From an uncultured Planctomycetia bacterium (GTDB lineage Bacteria > Omnitrophota > Gorgyraeia > Tantalellales > Tantalellaceae), in assembly GCA_964527765.1 (NCBI GenBank), contig CAZGQR010000003.1, positions 75,366 to 139,365 on the forward strand: DNA of 64,000 bases, read 5' to 3'. Made by a program: the position numbers and the translations under genes. The notes under the pieces were generated by a model. That model saw only the letters and a program-made list of their open reading frames with translations. It did not search any database and was not told the origin of the DNA. Numbering within the stretch: position 1 is the first letter of the stretch; each line of letters begins with the position of its first letter. Below, one piece after another: positions 40,609 to 50,396 of this stretch.

Positions 40609-42392
40609 TAGAACGGATGAAAAAAGTCACGGTCCTGGTTTCCGAAAGGGAAAGAGAGAAGTTCATCTCCAGGCTGCGGAAAGCGGGTGTTTTGCATATC
40701 AGGCACGTCAAAGCGCCGGTCCACCATGAAATAAATTTCATCGAAGACAGGATCTCAAGGATCGGGCAGATGATCTCCGCGCTTGCTCCGTACGCGGAGA
40801 AAGAGACCCAGGACGGGAAAGCAAGCAGTCATGAGAGGGATGTGCTGGCCAGGGTGGACGCCGTTATGGAGGCGTGCAGGGAAAAGCAGGACCTGGTAGC
40901 GCATATACGGGAGATGCGCGGGCGGATAGAATGGTTCAAGCCGTGGGGCGAATTTGACCCCGAGGATCTGGAAACGCTGGGGGAAAAGAATGTGCGCATC
41001 AGGCTTTACCGTTTGAGGAAGGACGAATTCAGGAAGCTCGGGAAAGACAGGAAATATCACGTGGTCAAGAAAGAAAAGGGGCTCGTATATATCGCGACCG
41101 TAGCATGGAATTCGGAGGAGAAGTTGCCCTTCGAGGAAGTGGCCGTCCCGCCGCTCGGCCCGGAAAAAATGAGAGGACAGATAGACCAGCTTAACGGCAG
41201 AATAGCCGGAGTGGATGATTTCCTGAAACAGGAGGCCAGGGGCATATACGCGATGAAAAGATGCGAGGAGAAGCTGAAGAAAGAGCATGAGTCCATGGCC
41301 GTCATGTTCGGCATGCAGGAGGAAGGGAAGTTTTCATACCTGCAGGGCTTTTGCCCGATCAAAGCGGTAAAGAAGATCTCCGCGATGGTAAAACAGCACG
41401 GACTGGGCTATTTAGCGGAAGAACCGGATAACCCGGATGAAACGCCTACGCTCATCACAAACCCCAGGTGGGTCAGGATAATCAACCCGGTATTCCAGTT
41501 CATGAACACGCTTCCCGGCTACAATGAGTTCGACATCAGTTTTTATTTTCTGATCTTTTTCAGTTTGTTTTTCGCGATGCTGATAGGTGATGCGGGATAC
41601 GGGACCCTTTTTCTGGCAGTGACGTTCCTGGTCAGGCGCAAGTTGAGGGACCTGCCGTCCGAACCGTTCCTTTTGATGTATATTCTAAGCTGCGGAACGA
41701 TCGTGTGGGGCGCGATCACCGGAACATGGTTCGGAGTCGAAAGAATAGCCCAGCTGCCTTTTTTCAGCAGTCTGGTCATAGAGAAAATAGGCAGTTTCGC
41801 CGATAGCCAGAATTTCCTGATATTCCTGTGCTTCATAATAGGCGCCGTGCAGTTGACGGTTGCGCACGCGCTGAAGGGGATAAAGGTCATAAATTCCGTG
41901 TTGGCCCTGGCGGAGGCGGGATGGATCCTGATCCTGTGGGGCATGTTTTTCGCGGCGGGGAAGTTCGTTATCGCCAGGCCCTTTCCCCCGGCTGCCGGAT
42001 GGCTGCTTGTCGGGGGTATCGGTCTTGTTCTCCTGTTCTCTAATCCGCAGAAAGGTATTTTCAAGGGCATGCTTACCACTTTAGCGAACCTGCCCCTGAG
42101 CGTGATAAGTTCGTTTTCGGATATCATTTCTTATTTAAGGCTGTTCGCCGTGGGATATGCCACGGTCATCGTTGCGGAAAGTTTTAATAACATGGCTCTG
42201 GCAGGCGGGATCGGCAGCGTGATAAAAGGATTGGGCGCGGCGATGATCCTGTTCCTGGGGCATGCGCTGAACATCCTTCTGGGTTTTATGGCAGTTATCG
42301 TCCACGGGATAAGGCTGAACATGCTCGAGTTCTCCAGCCATCTGGGGATGCAATGGTCCGGCAAGAAGTATGAACCTTTTTGTGAAAAGTAG
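40605..42392 (+). CDS. V-type ATP synthase subunit I (a-subunit)
   Basis: Soluble N-terminal half then a multi-TM C-terminal half with the conserved Arg (SYLRLFAVG). Confidence 0.8.
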   Translation: MIERMKKVTVLVSEREREKFISRLRKAGVLHIRHVKAPVHHEINFIEDRISRIGQMISALAPYAEKETQDGKASSHERDVLARVDAVMEACREKQDLVAHIREMRGRIEWFKPWGEFDPEDLETLGEKNVRIRLYRLRKDEFRKLGKDRKYHVVKKEKGLVYIATVAWNSEEKLPFEEVAVPPLGPEKMRGQIDQLNGRIAGVDDFLKQEARGIYAMKRCEEKLKKEHESMAVMFGMQEEGKFSYLQGFCPIKAVKKISAMVKQHGLGYLAEEPDNPDETPTLITNPRWVRIINPVFQFMNTLPGYNEFDISFYFLIFFSLFFAMLIGDAGYGTLFLAVTFLVRRKLRDLPSEPFLLMYILSCGTIVWGAITGTWFGVERIAQLPFFSSLVIEKIGSFADSQNFLIFLCFIIGAVQLTVAHALKGIKVINSVLALAEAGWILILWGMFFAAGKFVIARPFPPAAGWLLVGGIGLVLLFSNPQKGIFKGMLTTLANLPLSVISSFSDIISYLRLFAVGYATVIVAESFNNMALAGGIGSVIKGLGAAMILFLGHALNILLGFMAVIVHGIRLNMLEFSSHLGMQWSGKKYEPFCEK

Positions 42393-42406
42393 TAAGGAGG
42401 TATATC

Positions 42407-42847
42407 ATGGTTTCAGGGTTAGGTGATATGGGGCTTTCGCTCGCTTTCTCCGCGATCGGTTCGGCGCTGGGAACGGGAGTCGCGGGCATGGCCGCTGTTG
42501 GGGCGTGGAAAAGAGCTTTTATGCAGAACAAGGCGGCACCTTTCATTCTTATCGCTTTTGTGGGAGCCCCTTTGTCGCAGACCATTTACGGGATGATCTT
42601 GAGGAACGCTATCCAGGGAGCTAACCTTGACCCCCAGACGTATCCTTTTCAGATGGCTCTGGGTATGGCCGCGGGCCTGGCGATGGGAGCCTCGGCATGG
42701 ATGCAGGGCAAGGCCGGCGCGAGCGCGGCAGACGCCCTGGCCGAGACCGGAAAGGGCTTCGGCAATTACATAATGGTCCTCGGGGTCATCGAAACGGTAG
42801 CCTTGTTTGTGATGGTGTTCGCCCTGACGGCTCTCCCGAAAGGATAA
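42407..42847 (+). CDS. V-type ATP synthase proteolipid subunit K
   Basis: 146-aa Gly/Ala-rich 4-TM proteolipid. Confidence 0.8.
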   Translation: MVSGLGDMGLSLAFSAIGSALGTGVAGMAAVGAWKRAFMQNKAAPFILIAFVGAPLSQTIYGMILRNAIQGANLDPQTYPFQMALGMAAGLAMGASAWMQGKAGASAADALAETGKGFGNYIMVLGVIETVALFVMVFALTALPKG

Positions 42848-42878
42848 GAAGCCGCCGGGCCAAACCGGAAAAGACAGT

Positions 42879-43544
42879 ATGCCAGCCGGAACCCTCTATA
42901 TCGTCAGCACGCCGATAGGGAATCTTGAGGATATCACGCTGCGGGCCATACGGGTCCTGAAGGAAGCGGACCTTGTGGCGGCGGAGGACACCCGCAGGTC
43001 GAAGACCCTGTTTACGGCTTACGGGATAAAAAGCGCGCTCACCAGCTATCATTCATACAACCTGGAGAAGAAGACGCCTCAGCTTGTCAAGGCGCTGCTG
43101 GACGGCAAAAATATTGCGCTCATTTCCGATTCCGGCACACCGGGCATTTCCGATCCCGGTTCCGTGCTGATAAATGAGTGTGTGAAGAACGGCATACCCC
43201 TTACCGCGGTTCCCGGCCCCACGGCGCTTGTGACCGCGCTGGTCCTGTCCGGCAAGCCCACGCATAAATTCGCCTTTGAGGGCTTTCTTTCCAACAAAGC
43301 GGCTCGCAGGCGGAAGCAGCTGGAGGGGCTGAAGGAAGAAAAAAGGACCGTGATAATCTATGAATCCCCCCACAGGATAGTGAGATTCCTTGAGGATTTC
43401 ATAGATGTCGTGGGCGACCGCGAGATCGTCATCGCGCGGGAAATGACCAAGAGGTTCGAGGAGATCAGGAGGGGGAGGGCAAGCCGCCACCTGGAGCACT
43501 TTTCGGAACATAAGCCCCGCGGCGAATTTATAATCGTTTTCTGA
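42879..43544 (+). CDS. rsmI: 16S rRNA (cytidine1402-2'-O)-methyltransferase
   Basis: LYIVSTPIGNLEDIT tetrapyrrole-methylase-fold N-terminus. Confidence 0.85.
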   Translation: MPAGTLYIVSTPIGNLEDITLRAIRVLKEADLVAAEDTRRSKTLFTAYGIKSALTSYHSYNLEKKTPQLVKALLDGKNIALISDSGTPGISDPGSVLINECVKNGIPLTAVPGPTALVTALVLSGKPTHKFAFEGFLSNKAARRRKQLEGLKEEKRTVIIYESPHRIVRFLEDFIDVVGDREIVIAREMTKRFEEIRRGRASRHLEHFSEHKPRGEFIIVF

Positions 43545-43665
43545 CGAAAAAGCGCTCCGAAAGGCCGCAAGTCCGCAGTCCGCGAACTGTAAGTATTGAC
43601 TTTTTCCCGGCAGTTGCTACAATAGTGACCTAAGTATTTCATTATATCTTAATAGCGGGGGCAAT

Positions 43666-44163
43666 ATGGTAGAGCAAACACTCGTGCTGATAAAGCCGGA
43701 CGGCCTGAAAAAATCTTTGACCGGGAACATCCTGACGAGACTCTCCGAGACAAAACTGGACATCGTAGGGGCAAAGATAGTAAGGGTCTCCCGGGAGCTC
43801 GCCAAAGAGCATTACAGGGCGATGGCGGACAAGCCTTTTTTTGAGGAACTCATCAGATATATCATGGGAGAATACCATAAGAAAAAGGTCATGGCCCTTA
43901 TATATTGGGGGGACAACGCCATCAGTAAAGTAAGAGAGATCTGCGGGGAGACCAATCCGGAGAGGGCGGACGCCGTTTCGATAAGAGGGGCCTACGGCAG
44001 GATCACTACGGCGGGAGTATATGAGAACGTCATTCACGCTTCCGAGAGCACCGGGGAAGCCGAAAGAGAAATAAAACTCTGGTTCGAGCCGGATGAAATC
44101 CTGCTCGACATATACCCCGTGACCGAAGTCGAAGTGAAGAAAAAGATCAGAAAATGGGCATGA
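43666..44163 (+). CDS. ndk: nucleoside diphosphate kinase
   Basis: TLVLIKPDG and NVIHASES (active-site His). Promoter TTGACT-16-TACAAT upstream. Confidence 0.9.
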   Translation: MVEQTLVLIKPDGLKKSLTGNILTRLSETKLDIVGAKIVRVSRELAKEHYRAMADKPFFEELIRYIMGEYHKKKVMALIYWGDNAISKVREICGETNPERADAVSIRGAYGRITTAGVYENVIHASESTGEAEREIKLWFEPDEILLDIYPVTEVEVKKKIRKWA

Positions 44164-44203
44164 CCCTTCTCGCCAAGGGCGCAAATAAAGCATAAGGAAG
44201 ACC

Positions 44204-45088
44204 ATGATAAAATCAATGACAGGTTTCGGCAAAAGCACCGAAAAATCCCCGTACGGCACGATAACCGCCGAGATCAAAACACTGAACTACAAAAACCTGA
44301 GCGTCACCTGCAATCCGTTCAACGGGCTCTTCCTGCTGGAAGAGAAAATTAAAAAGCTCTTCGAAGGGAAGATATTCCGGGGAAAGGTCCTTGTCAGGAT
44401 AACGGCCGAAGGGAAGAGCGGGCAGAAAAGTCTCCAGAGGATAGAGGTAAACGAGAGTGTTGCCCGGGAATATCTCAGAAAGATCAGGAAAGCCCAGAAA
44501 AATCTGGGCGTCAAGGGCGAAATACAGATAAGAGATCTGATAGAATTTCCCGGAGTCGTGGAAAGCGGCGTCGATAAAAAGCAGGAGCAGGTCTGGCCGT
44601 ATGTCAGGAAAGCGCTGGAAAAAGCGCTGAATAAACTGATCGCATACCGCAGGAGCGAAGGGATACGGCTTGCCGGGGATTTTAATGGGCGCCTTCGCGA
44701 GATAAAAAAGAAATTGCGCGAGATCAGCGGGTACGGCAAGCAGAGCGTTGCCGGGTACCGCAAAAAACTGGTCCGGTCAATCCGGGACATCGCGGAAAAC
44801 GTGGAGCTGGACAAGAACAGACTGGAGACGGAAGTCGCTTTGTTTTCCAGGAACTGCGATATAGCGGAAGAGATCACGCGCCTGGAGGGGCATCTGGCGG
44901 CGTACAGGGATGCCATGAATAAAGTGAAAACGGATGTGGGCAAGAAGCTGGATTTTATAGCCCAGGAGATGCAAAGGGAAGCCAACACCATAGGGGCGAA
45001 ATCAAGCGATTTCAGGATATCCAAAGCCGTTATTGAGGTAAAGAGCGAAATAGAGAAAATGCGGGAACAGATCAAGAACATCGAATGA
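44204..45088 (+). CDS. yicC: YicC-family stress-induced protein
   Basis: MIKSMTGFGKS N-terminus. Conserved yicC-gmk-rpoZ synteny. Confidence 0.8.
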   Translation: MIKSMTGFGKSTEKSPYGTITAEIKTLNYKNLSVTCNPFNGLFLLEEKIKKLFEGKIFRGKVLVRITAEGKSGQKSLQRIEVNESVAREYLRKIRKAQKNLGVKGEIQIRDLIEFPGVVESGVDKKQEQVWPYVRKALEKALNKLIAYRRSEGIRLAGDFNGRLREIKKKLREISGYGKQSVAGYRKKLVRSIRDIAENVELDKNRLETEVALFSRNCDIAEEITRLEGHLAAYRDAMNKVKTDVGKKLDFIAQEMQREANTIGAKSSDFRISKAVIEVKSEIEKMREQIKNIE

Positions 45089-45687
45089 AAAAGAAAAGAG
45101 AACCTCTCATCATTATCGTTTCCGCGCCGAGCGGCAGCGGCAAGACAACTCTCATAAACCGTTTGCTGGAAAAGATACCCGAGATGCAGAGGTCTATTTC
45201 ATGTACGACGAGACAGCCGAGGGAAGGGGAGAAAGACAAGAGGGATTATTTGTTCATTCCCAGGGAAGAATTCAAGGAGAGGATAGAGAAAGGCGAATTT
45301 CTGGAGTGGGAGGAAAACTTCGGTCATTATTACGGCACCCCGAAAGAACAGTTCCAGGAAGCGGTGGAAAAGGGGGAAGACATAATCTTAAGCATAGACG
45401 TTAAGGGCGCCAGGGCCATCAAGAGAAACTTCCCCGAAAGCGTAAGCGTTTTCATAATGCCTCCATCCGCCGAAGAGCTTGCGACAAGACTTAGGAAGAG
45501 GAACACGGACCGGGAAAAAGACGTTTCTATGCGGCTGGAAGAGGCGCGGCGGGAGATCTCGGCCGCGGATGAGTATGATTACCTGGTCGTCAACAAAGAA
45601 CTGGGAGAAGCGGTAGAGGAGCTGAAATCCATCATAGAGACCGAGAGAAGGAACAGGACGGTCAATACGGAAGAAGACGAGAAATAA
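45085..45687 (+). CDS. gmk: guanylate kinase
   Basis: P-loop SAPSGSGKTTL. Confidence 0.9.
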   Translation: MKKKREPLIIIVSAPSGSGKTTLINRLLEKIPEMQRSISCTTRQPREGEKDKRDYLFIPREEFKERIEKGEFLEWEENFGHYYGTPKEQFQEAVEKGEDIILSIDVKGARAIKRNFPESVSVFIMPPSAEELATRLRKRNTDREKDVSMRLEEARREISAADEYDYLVVNKELGEAVEELKSIIETERRNRTVNTEEDEK

Positions 45688-45887
45688 TGGAAAAAGCGCT
45701 GAGGGAAACATTGATACAAAAAACCGGCAGTATTTACAAACTCTGTAACCTGGCGGCGATGAGGGCCATGGAGCTTAATAGCGGGATGAAAAAGCTGGTC
45801 GAAGCGGAACCCAGCGAAAAAGTCACCACTTTGGCCATTAAAGAGATCGCCGCAGGAAAAGTCAAGCTGAAGGCGACCAAAGGATAA
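45687..45887 (+). CDS. rpoZ: RNA polymerase omega subunit
   Basis: 66 aa, KLCNLAAMRAMEL. Confidence 0.75.
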   Translation: MEKALRETLIQKTGSIYKLCNLAAMRAMELNSGMKKLVEAEPSEKVTTLAIKEIAAGKVKLKATKG

Positions 45888-45891
45888 AAAG

Positions 45892-46431
45892 GTGGGAAAG
45901 AACATTCTTTTGGGCGTGACCGGCAGTATCGCCAGCTTTAAGGCTTGCGATCTTATAGGCCTTCTTCGCAAGAAGGGGCATTCCGTGCGCTGTGTGATGT
46001 CTGCCGACGCCAAATGGTTCGTTACGCCGCTCGCGCTGGAGACGCTTACGGGCAAGAAGGTGATCGATGATATGTTCCGGCTGCCCGAGAGCAGGGACCC
46101 CGCGCATATCTCTCTGGCCGATGAAGCGGATATCATTCTGATAGCGCCCGCGACCGCCGATATGATCGCGAAAATAGCCGCGGGTCTCTGCGACGATATA
46201 CTGGCGTGTACCGTGTGCGCTTCTGATTGCCCGGTAGTTTTTGCTCCCGCCATGAACGATACAATGTTCAATAATCCTATTGTGCGGGAAAATATAGAGT
46301 ACCTTCGCGGGAAGGGATACCATTTCATCGATCCTGTAGTGGGGCACCTGGCGTGTGGACGTGAAGGCATGGGGCATCTGGCGCCGCTGGAGAAAATAGT
46401 CAAAGAAGCGGAAAAGATCTTAGCATTATGA
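45892..46431 (+). CDS. coaC: phosphopantothenoylcysteine decarboxylase (flavoprotein), encoded separately
   Basis: GTG start. ILLGVTGSIA flavoprotein motif. Confidence 0.8.
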   Translation: MGKNILLGVTGSIASFKACDLIGLLRKKGHSVRCVMSADAKWFVTPLALETLTGKKVIDDMFRLPESRDPAHISLADEADIILIAPATADMIAKIAAGLCDDILACTVCASDCPVVFAPAMNDTMFNNPIVRENIEYLRGKGYHFIDPVVGHLACGREGMGHLAPLEKIVKEAEKILAL

Positions 46432-47105
46432 CACAGGCGCGCGCGATGCATAGACCGGACAAAGACCCCGGATCTTCCAGGAGAATACTGGTAACCGCGG
46501 GACCTACCATAGAGCCTCTGGATCCTGTCAGATATATTTCTAATCGGTCCACCGGAACAATGGGCTATGAGATAGCGGCAGAAGGCCGGAGGCGCGGTTT
46601 CAAAGTGTGCCTTATAAGCGGGCCCGTGCATCTGCCGCCGCCGTCCGGCGTGGAAGTGCTGAGCGTGACAACGGCGCGGGAGATGAAGGACAAGGTGGCC
46701 GAACGCATCGGCGGATGCGATTGCGTGATCATGGCGGCGGCGGTCTGTGATTTTCGGCCGGAGAAAAGCGCAAAGCGGAAGATCAAGAAACGGGAAACCC
46801 TGGACATCAAGCTCGTTAAGAACCCTGACATACTTTTGGAAGCAGGGCAAAGAGAGGGTCTTGTAAAGGTGGGGTTCGCTCTTGAGACGGAAAACGCGCT
46901 CGAGAACGCGAAGGGTAAACTTGAGAAGAAAGGGCTGGACCTGATCGTGATCAACACGATAGACGAAAAATCCGATCCGTTCGGTCCGGGCGCGGCACGA
47001 TATATCCTGCTGGACAGAGACGGTAATATCCGGGAAGTCGAAAGCCTTACCAAGAAACAGATGGCGGGGATCATCGTGCGGGAGGTGGAAAGGCTGCTGC
47101 AATGA
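46428..47105 (+). CDS. coaB: phosphopantothenate--cysteine ligase, encoded separately
   Basis: ILVTAGPTIEPLDPVRYISNRSTGTMG. ATGA overlap with coaC in a different frame. Confidence 0.8.
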   Translation: MTQARAMHRPDKDPGSSRRILVTAGPTIEPLDPVRYISNRSTGTMGYEIAAEGRRRGFKVCLISGPVHLPPPSGVEVLSVTTAREMKDKVAERIGGCDCVIMAAAVCDFRPEKSAKRKIKKRETLDIKLVKNPDILLEAGQREGLVKVGFALETENALENAKGKLEKKGLDLIVINTIDEKSDPFGPGAARYILLDRDGNIREVESLTKKQMAGIIVREVERLLQ

Positions 47106-47542
47106 AGAAATGGGATATAGGCAGTAAAGGATTCACGATAAGCGAACTGGTGCTTGTGTTGGTCATAGCGCTTGTTGTGGGAGGGCTGATGCTGCCGTTC
47201 ATCCGGTATAACGCCAGGAGAATGGATAAGACCGCGTGCGCGAACAACCTGCGCCAAGTGGGGCTGGCGCTGTACATTTACGCGAAGGAGCATGAAGGGA
47301 GATTCCCGCCCACTCTCAAGGCCCTTTATGACGAGCGCTATCTGGCCGACAGGCGGCTGATGGATTGTCCCGCGAGCAGGGACACGGGGACACCGGAATC
47401 CCCGGATTATATATACACCGCCGGTTTGTCCGTCAGGGATCCTTCATTGACCGCCCTCGTGCGGGATAAGGCCAGGAACCATCCGCGCGGAGGAAAGAAC
47501 ATACTTTATGTCAACGGCGCAGTGGTCTGGGAGGAAGAATAG
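47102..47542 (+). CDS. prepilin-type N-terminal cleavage/methylation domain protein with a DUF1559-like C-terminus
   Basis: KGFTISELVLVLVIAL prepilin motif. C-terminal GGKNILYVNGAVVW resembles the DUF1559 terminal motif. ATGA overlap with coaB. Confidence 0.6.
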   Translation: MKKWDIGSKGFTISELVLVLVIALVVGGLMLPFIRYNARRMDKTACANNLRQVGLALYIYAKEHEGRFPPTLKALYDERYLADRRLMDCPASRDTGTPESPDYIYTAGLSVRDPSLTALVRDKARNHPRGGKNILYVNGAVVWEEE

Positions 47543-47600
47543 GAAAGGCGGAAGCCGATTGACATTTTTATTTTATTATGATAATTTAACTCACGCTTCG

Positions 47601-47674
47601 GGCGCGGTGGCCGAGCAGATAGGCAGCGGTCTGCAAAACCGCGTACACCGGTGCGAATCCGGTCCGCGCCTCCA
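47601..47674 (+). tRNA. tRNA-Cys (GCA)
   Basis: Cloverleaf folded by hand. Anticodon loop cuGCAaa, CCA encoded. Promoter TTGACA-17-TAATTT upstream. Confidence 0.8.
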
Positions 47675-47743
47675 GATTCTTGCGAAGCAGTGTTTTTCCG
47701 CAGATGCGGCGAATAGGGGCCTCGGAGAGGATGCTTAAAAGGT

Positions 47744-47831
47744 GGGCGAGTGGCGGAATTGGCAGACGCAAAGGACTTAAAATCCTTCGGTTGAATAAAC
47801 CATGAGGGTTCGAGTCCCTCCTTGCCCACCA
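47744..47831 (+). tRNA. tRNA-Leu (TAA)
   Basis: Long variable arm, anticodon loop cuUAAaa, CCA encoded. Confidence 0.8.
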
Positions 47832-47911
47832 TGCCGATACTGGAAGGTTGCATAGGAACACAAAAGGTGTCATAATATAGATTAATATTTTAGCCGGAAG
47901 AATAATACGGT

Positions 47912-47988
47912 GGGCGGTTAGCTCAGATGGTTAGAGCGCCACGTTGACATCGTGGAGGTCACTGGTTCGATCCCAGTATCGCCCACCA
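47912..47988 (+). tRNA. tRNA-Val (GAC)
   Basis: Anticodon loop uuGACau, T-loop TTCGATC, CCA encoded. Confidence 0.8.
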
Positions 47989-47999
47989 CTGCACGGGAT

Positions 48000-49766
48000 A
48001 TGGCAAAGAAAAAAGACGAAAATCTTGAAAAATTAAGGCACAGTGCGGCTCATGTCATGGCCGACGCGGTCAAGAGGCTGTTCCCCGGGGTGAAACTGGG
48101 CATAGGCCCGGCTATCGAGAACGGGTTTTACTATGATTTTGACTTCTCGGGATGCGACATGGGCTCTTCCGGCAGGCCCCAAGGTCATTTTCTGACCCCG
48201 GAAGATCTCCCGAAAATTGAAAAGGAGATGGCCCGGATAGTAAAGCAGAAGCTTCCTTTCGAGAAGAAAGTGGTGACAAAGGCGGAAGCCGTAAAGGCCT
48301 TTGAAGCCGAAGGCGAAGTGTATAAGCTTGAGCTGCTGAACGAATTGAGAGACGAGGAGATAACCCTTTACCGGCACGGCGATTTTACGGATCTTTGCAG
48401 GGGGCCGCATGTTGCCGATACGGGAAAGGTCGGCGTGTTTAAGCTTCTGTCGTTAGCCGGCGCGTACTGGAGGGGCGACGAGGCCAATCCCATGCTGCAG
48501 CGCATATACGGCACCGCGTTCAGCGATGAGAAGGACCTGGAGGAATTCCTGACGTTCAGGGAAGAGGCCCAGAAGAGGGACCACAGAAAGCTGGGCAAAG
48601 AGCTGGATCTTTACAGTTTCGATGAATCGATGGGAGCCGGCCTCGTGCTGTACCATCCCAAAGGGGCGATGCTCAGGCAGATCATCGTCGATTACATAAC
48701 GGAAAAACATATCGAAAAAGGGTATCAGCTGATCTCGAGCCCGCATATCCTTAAAAGCGATATCTGGATACGCTCCGGGCACTATGATTATTATAAGGAA
48801 TATATGTATACGTTTAAAAGCGATAACCAGGAATATGCCGTCAAACCGATGAACTGCCCCGGGCATATACTCGTATATTCGTCCAAAGTGCGCAGCTACA
48901 GGGAATTTCCCATAAGATACTTTGAGCTCGGCAGCGTTTACAGACACGAGAAATCCGGAGTGCTTCATGGCCTTCTGCGCGTGAGAGGTTTTACGCAGGA
49001 CGATGCCCATATATTCTGCCTGCAGGAACAGGCGGCGGAAGAGGTCGTGAATGTCATGGATTTCGTGGAAGAGACGCTGAAAGTGTTCGGGTTTCGGGAA
49101 TTTGAAGTGGAACTGAGCACCCGCCCCGAAAAATTTATAGGGGCAGAAGAAGATTGGAATAAAGCCACGGATGCGCTGAAAGACGCTCTCCGGAAGAAAG
49201 GGCTCGAGTATAAGATAAATGAGGGGGAAGGAGCTTTTTACGGGCCGAAGATAGACATCAAGCTGAAAGATGCCCTGGGGAGAGCCTGGCAGTGCGCGAC
49301 GATACAGTGTGATTTCGCTTTGCCTGAGCGGTTTGATCTGAAATATACCGACCAGAACGGAGCCGAGAAACGCCCCATCGTGCTGCACCGCGTGATCCTG
49401 GGCAGTCTGGAACGCTTTATCGGGGCGCTGGTCGAGCATTACGGAGGAGCGTTCCCGCTGTGGCTGGCTCCCGTCCAGGTAAAGGTCGTTCCCATCACGG
49501 AAGCTCATCTTGGCTACGGGAAGGAGATAGAACAGCAGCTTATGAAGCTCGGATTTCGCGCGGAAACAGACTCTCGGAACGAGAAGATGCAGAAAAAGAT
49601 AAGAGATGCCGAACTGGCAAAGATCCCATATATGGCTGTTGTAGGCAACAGGGAGGCGGAACAGGGGACAGTTGCCGTCAGGAGCAGAAGGCACGGAGAT
49701 ATAGGCGCGCTGGGGCGCGAAGATTTCCTGAAACGCCTGCAGCAAGAGGTCGCAAGCAGGGAATAG
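48000..49766 (+). CDS. thrS: threonine--tRNA ligase, form lacking the N-terminal TGS domain
   Basis: Start at MAKKKDENLEKL just after tRNA-Val. HxxxH editing motif (HSAAHVMA), class II core and anticodon-binding domain. Confidence 0.9.
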   Translation: MAKKKDENLEKLRHSAAHVMADAVKRLFPGVKLGIGPAIENGFYYDFDFSGCDMGSSGRPQGHFLTPEDLPKIEKEMARIVKQKLPFEKKVVTKAEAVKAFEAEGEVYKLELLNELRDEEITLYRHGDFTDLCRGPHVADTGKVGVFKLLSLAGAYWRGDEANPMLQRIYGTAFSDEKDLEEFLTFREEAQKRDHRKLGKELDLYSFDESMGAGLVLYHPKGAMLRQIIVDYITEKHIEKGYQLISSPHILKSDIWIRSGHYDYYKEYMYTFKSDNQEYAVKPMNCPGHILVYSSKVRSYREFPIRYFELGSVYRHEKSGVLHGLLRVRGFTQDDAHIFCLQEQAAEEVVNVMDFVEETLKVFGFREFEVELSTRPEKFIGAEEDWNKATDALKDALRKKGLEYKINEGEGAFYGPKIDIKLKDALGRAWQCATIQCDFALPERFDLKYTDQNGAEKRPIVLHRVILGSLERFIGALVEHYGGAFPLWLAPVQVKVVPITEAHLGYGKEIEQQLMKLGFRAETDSRNEKMQKKIRDAELAKIPYMAVVGNREAEQGTVAVRSRRHGDIGALGREDFLKRLQQEVASRE

Positions 49767-49807
49767 CCCTGCAGCAGCGCGAACCTGTTATTACAAAGGA
49801 GGTCGCC

Positions 49808-50356
49808 ATTTCCTACAGACCAGGATTTCAGAGAAGGGGCAGAAAGGTAACTGATAGCACCCGGGTCAATCAGCGGATACGGGTTCCGCGGGTAAGGTTG
49901 GTGGACGATGAAGGCAATCAGCTGGGGGTCGTGGACACCCGGGCGGCGCTTGAAAAGGCCGTGGAGAAAGGCCTGGACCTTGTGGAGGTAGCGCCCGGCT
50001 CGGATCCGCCTGTATGCCGGATAATGGATTACAGTAAATACAAGTATGAACAGAGGAAAAGGCAGAAACTGGCCAAAAAGAAGCAGCATATGACCCATGT
50101 AAAGGAAGTAAGGTTTAACCCGAAGATAGAAGAGCATGATTACCAGGTCAAACTGAAACATATAAAGGAATTTTTAAGCGACAAAGATAAGGTAAGGGTC
50201 TCGCTGCGTTTCAGGGGACGGGAAATGGCGCATCGGGAATTGGGAATGGAACTTCTGGATAAAATAGCCAAAGATGTGGCCGCTCTGGGGGAGATGGAAG
50301 CGGCGCCTAAGACCATGGGGAAGATCGTGGTGATGACTTTGGTCCCGAAGAGCTGA
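49808..50356 (+). CDS. infC: translation initiation factor IF-3 with an ATT start codon
   Basis: AAAGGAGG RBS 5 nt upstream of an in-frame ATT. From there the ORF aligns with IF-3 (…RIRVPRVRLVDDEGNQLGVV…RFRGREMAH…). Confidence 0.8.
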   Translation: MSYRPGFQRRGRKVTDSTRVNQRIRVPRVRLVDDEGNQLGVVDTRAALEKAVEKGLDLVEVAPGSDPPVCRIMDYSKYKYEQRKRQKLAKKKQHMTHVKEVRFNPKIEEHDYQVKLKHIKEFLSDKDKVRVSLRFRGREMAHRELGMELLDKIAKDVAALGEMEAAPKTMGKIVVMTLVPKS

Positions 50357-50396
50357 CAAAAAGTGATTGCAGATAGAAAGGGGATGAGGATACGCG

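Noticed and set aside
45579-47102. 507-aa minus-strand ORF
   Set aside because: Antisense to gmk-rpoZ-coaC-coaB, which carry clear motifs on the plus strand. No domain on the minus-strand translation.
47952-47999. thrS extension starting inside tRNA-Val
   Set aside because: It overlaps the tRNA gene. The ThrRS alignment starts at MAKKKDE.
48453-49745. 430-aa minus-strand ORF
   Set aside because: Antisense to thrS.
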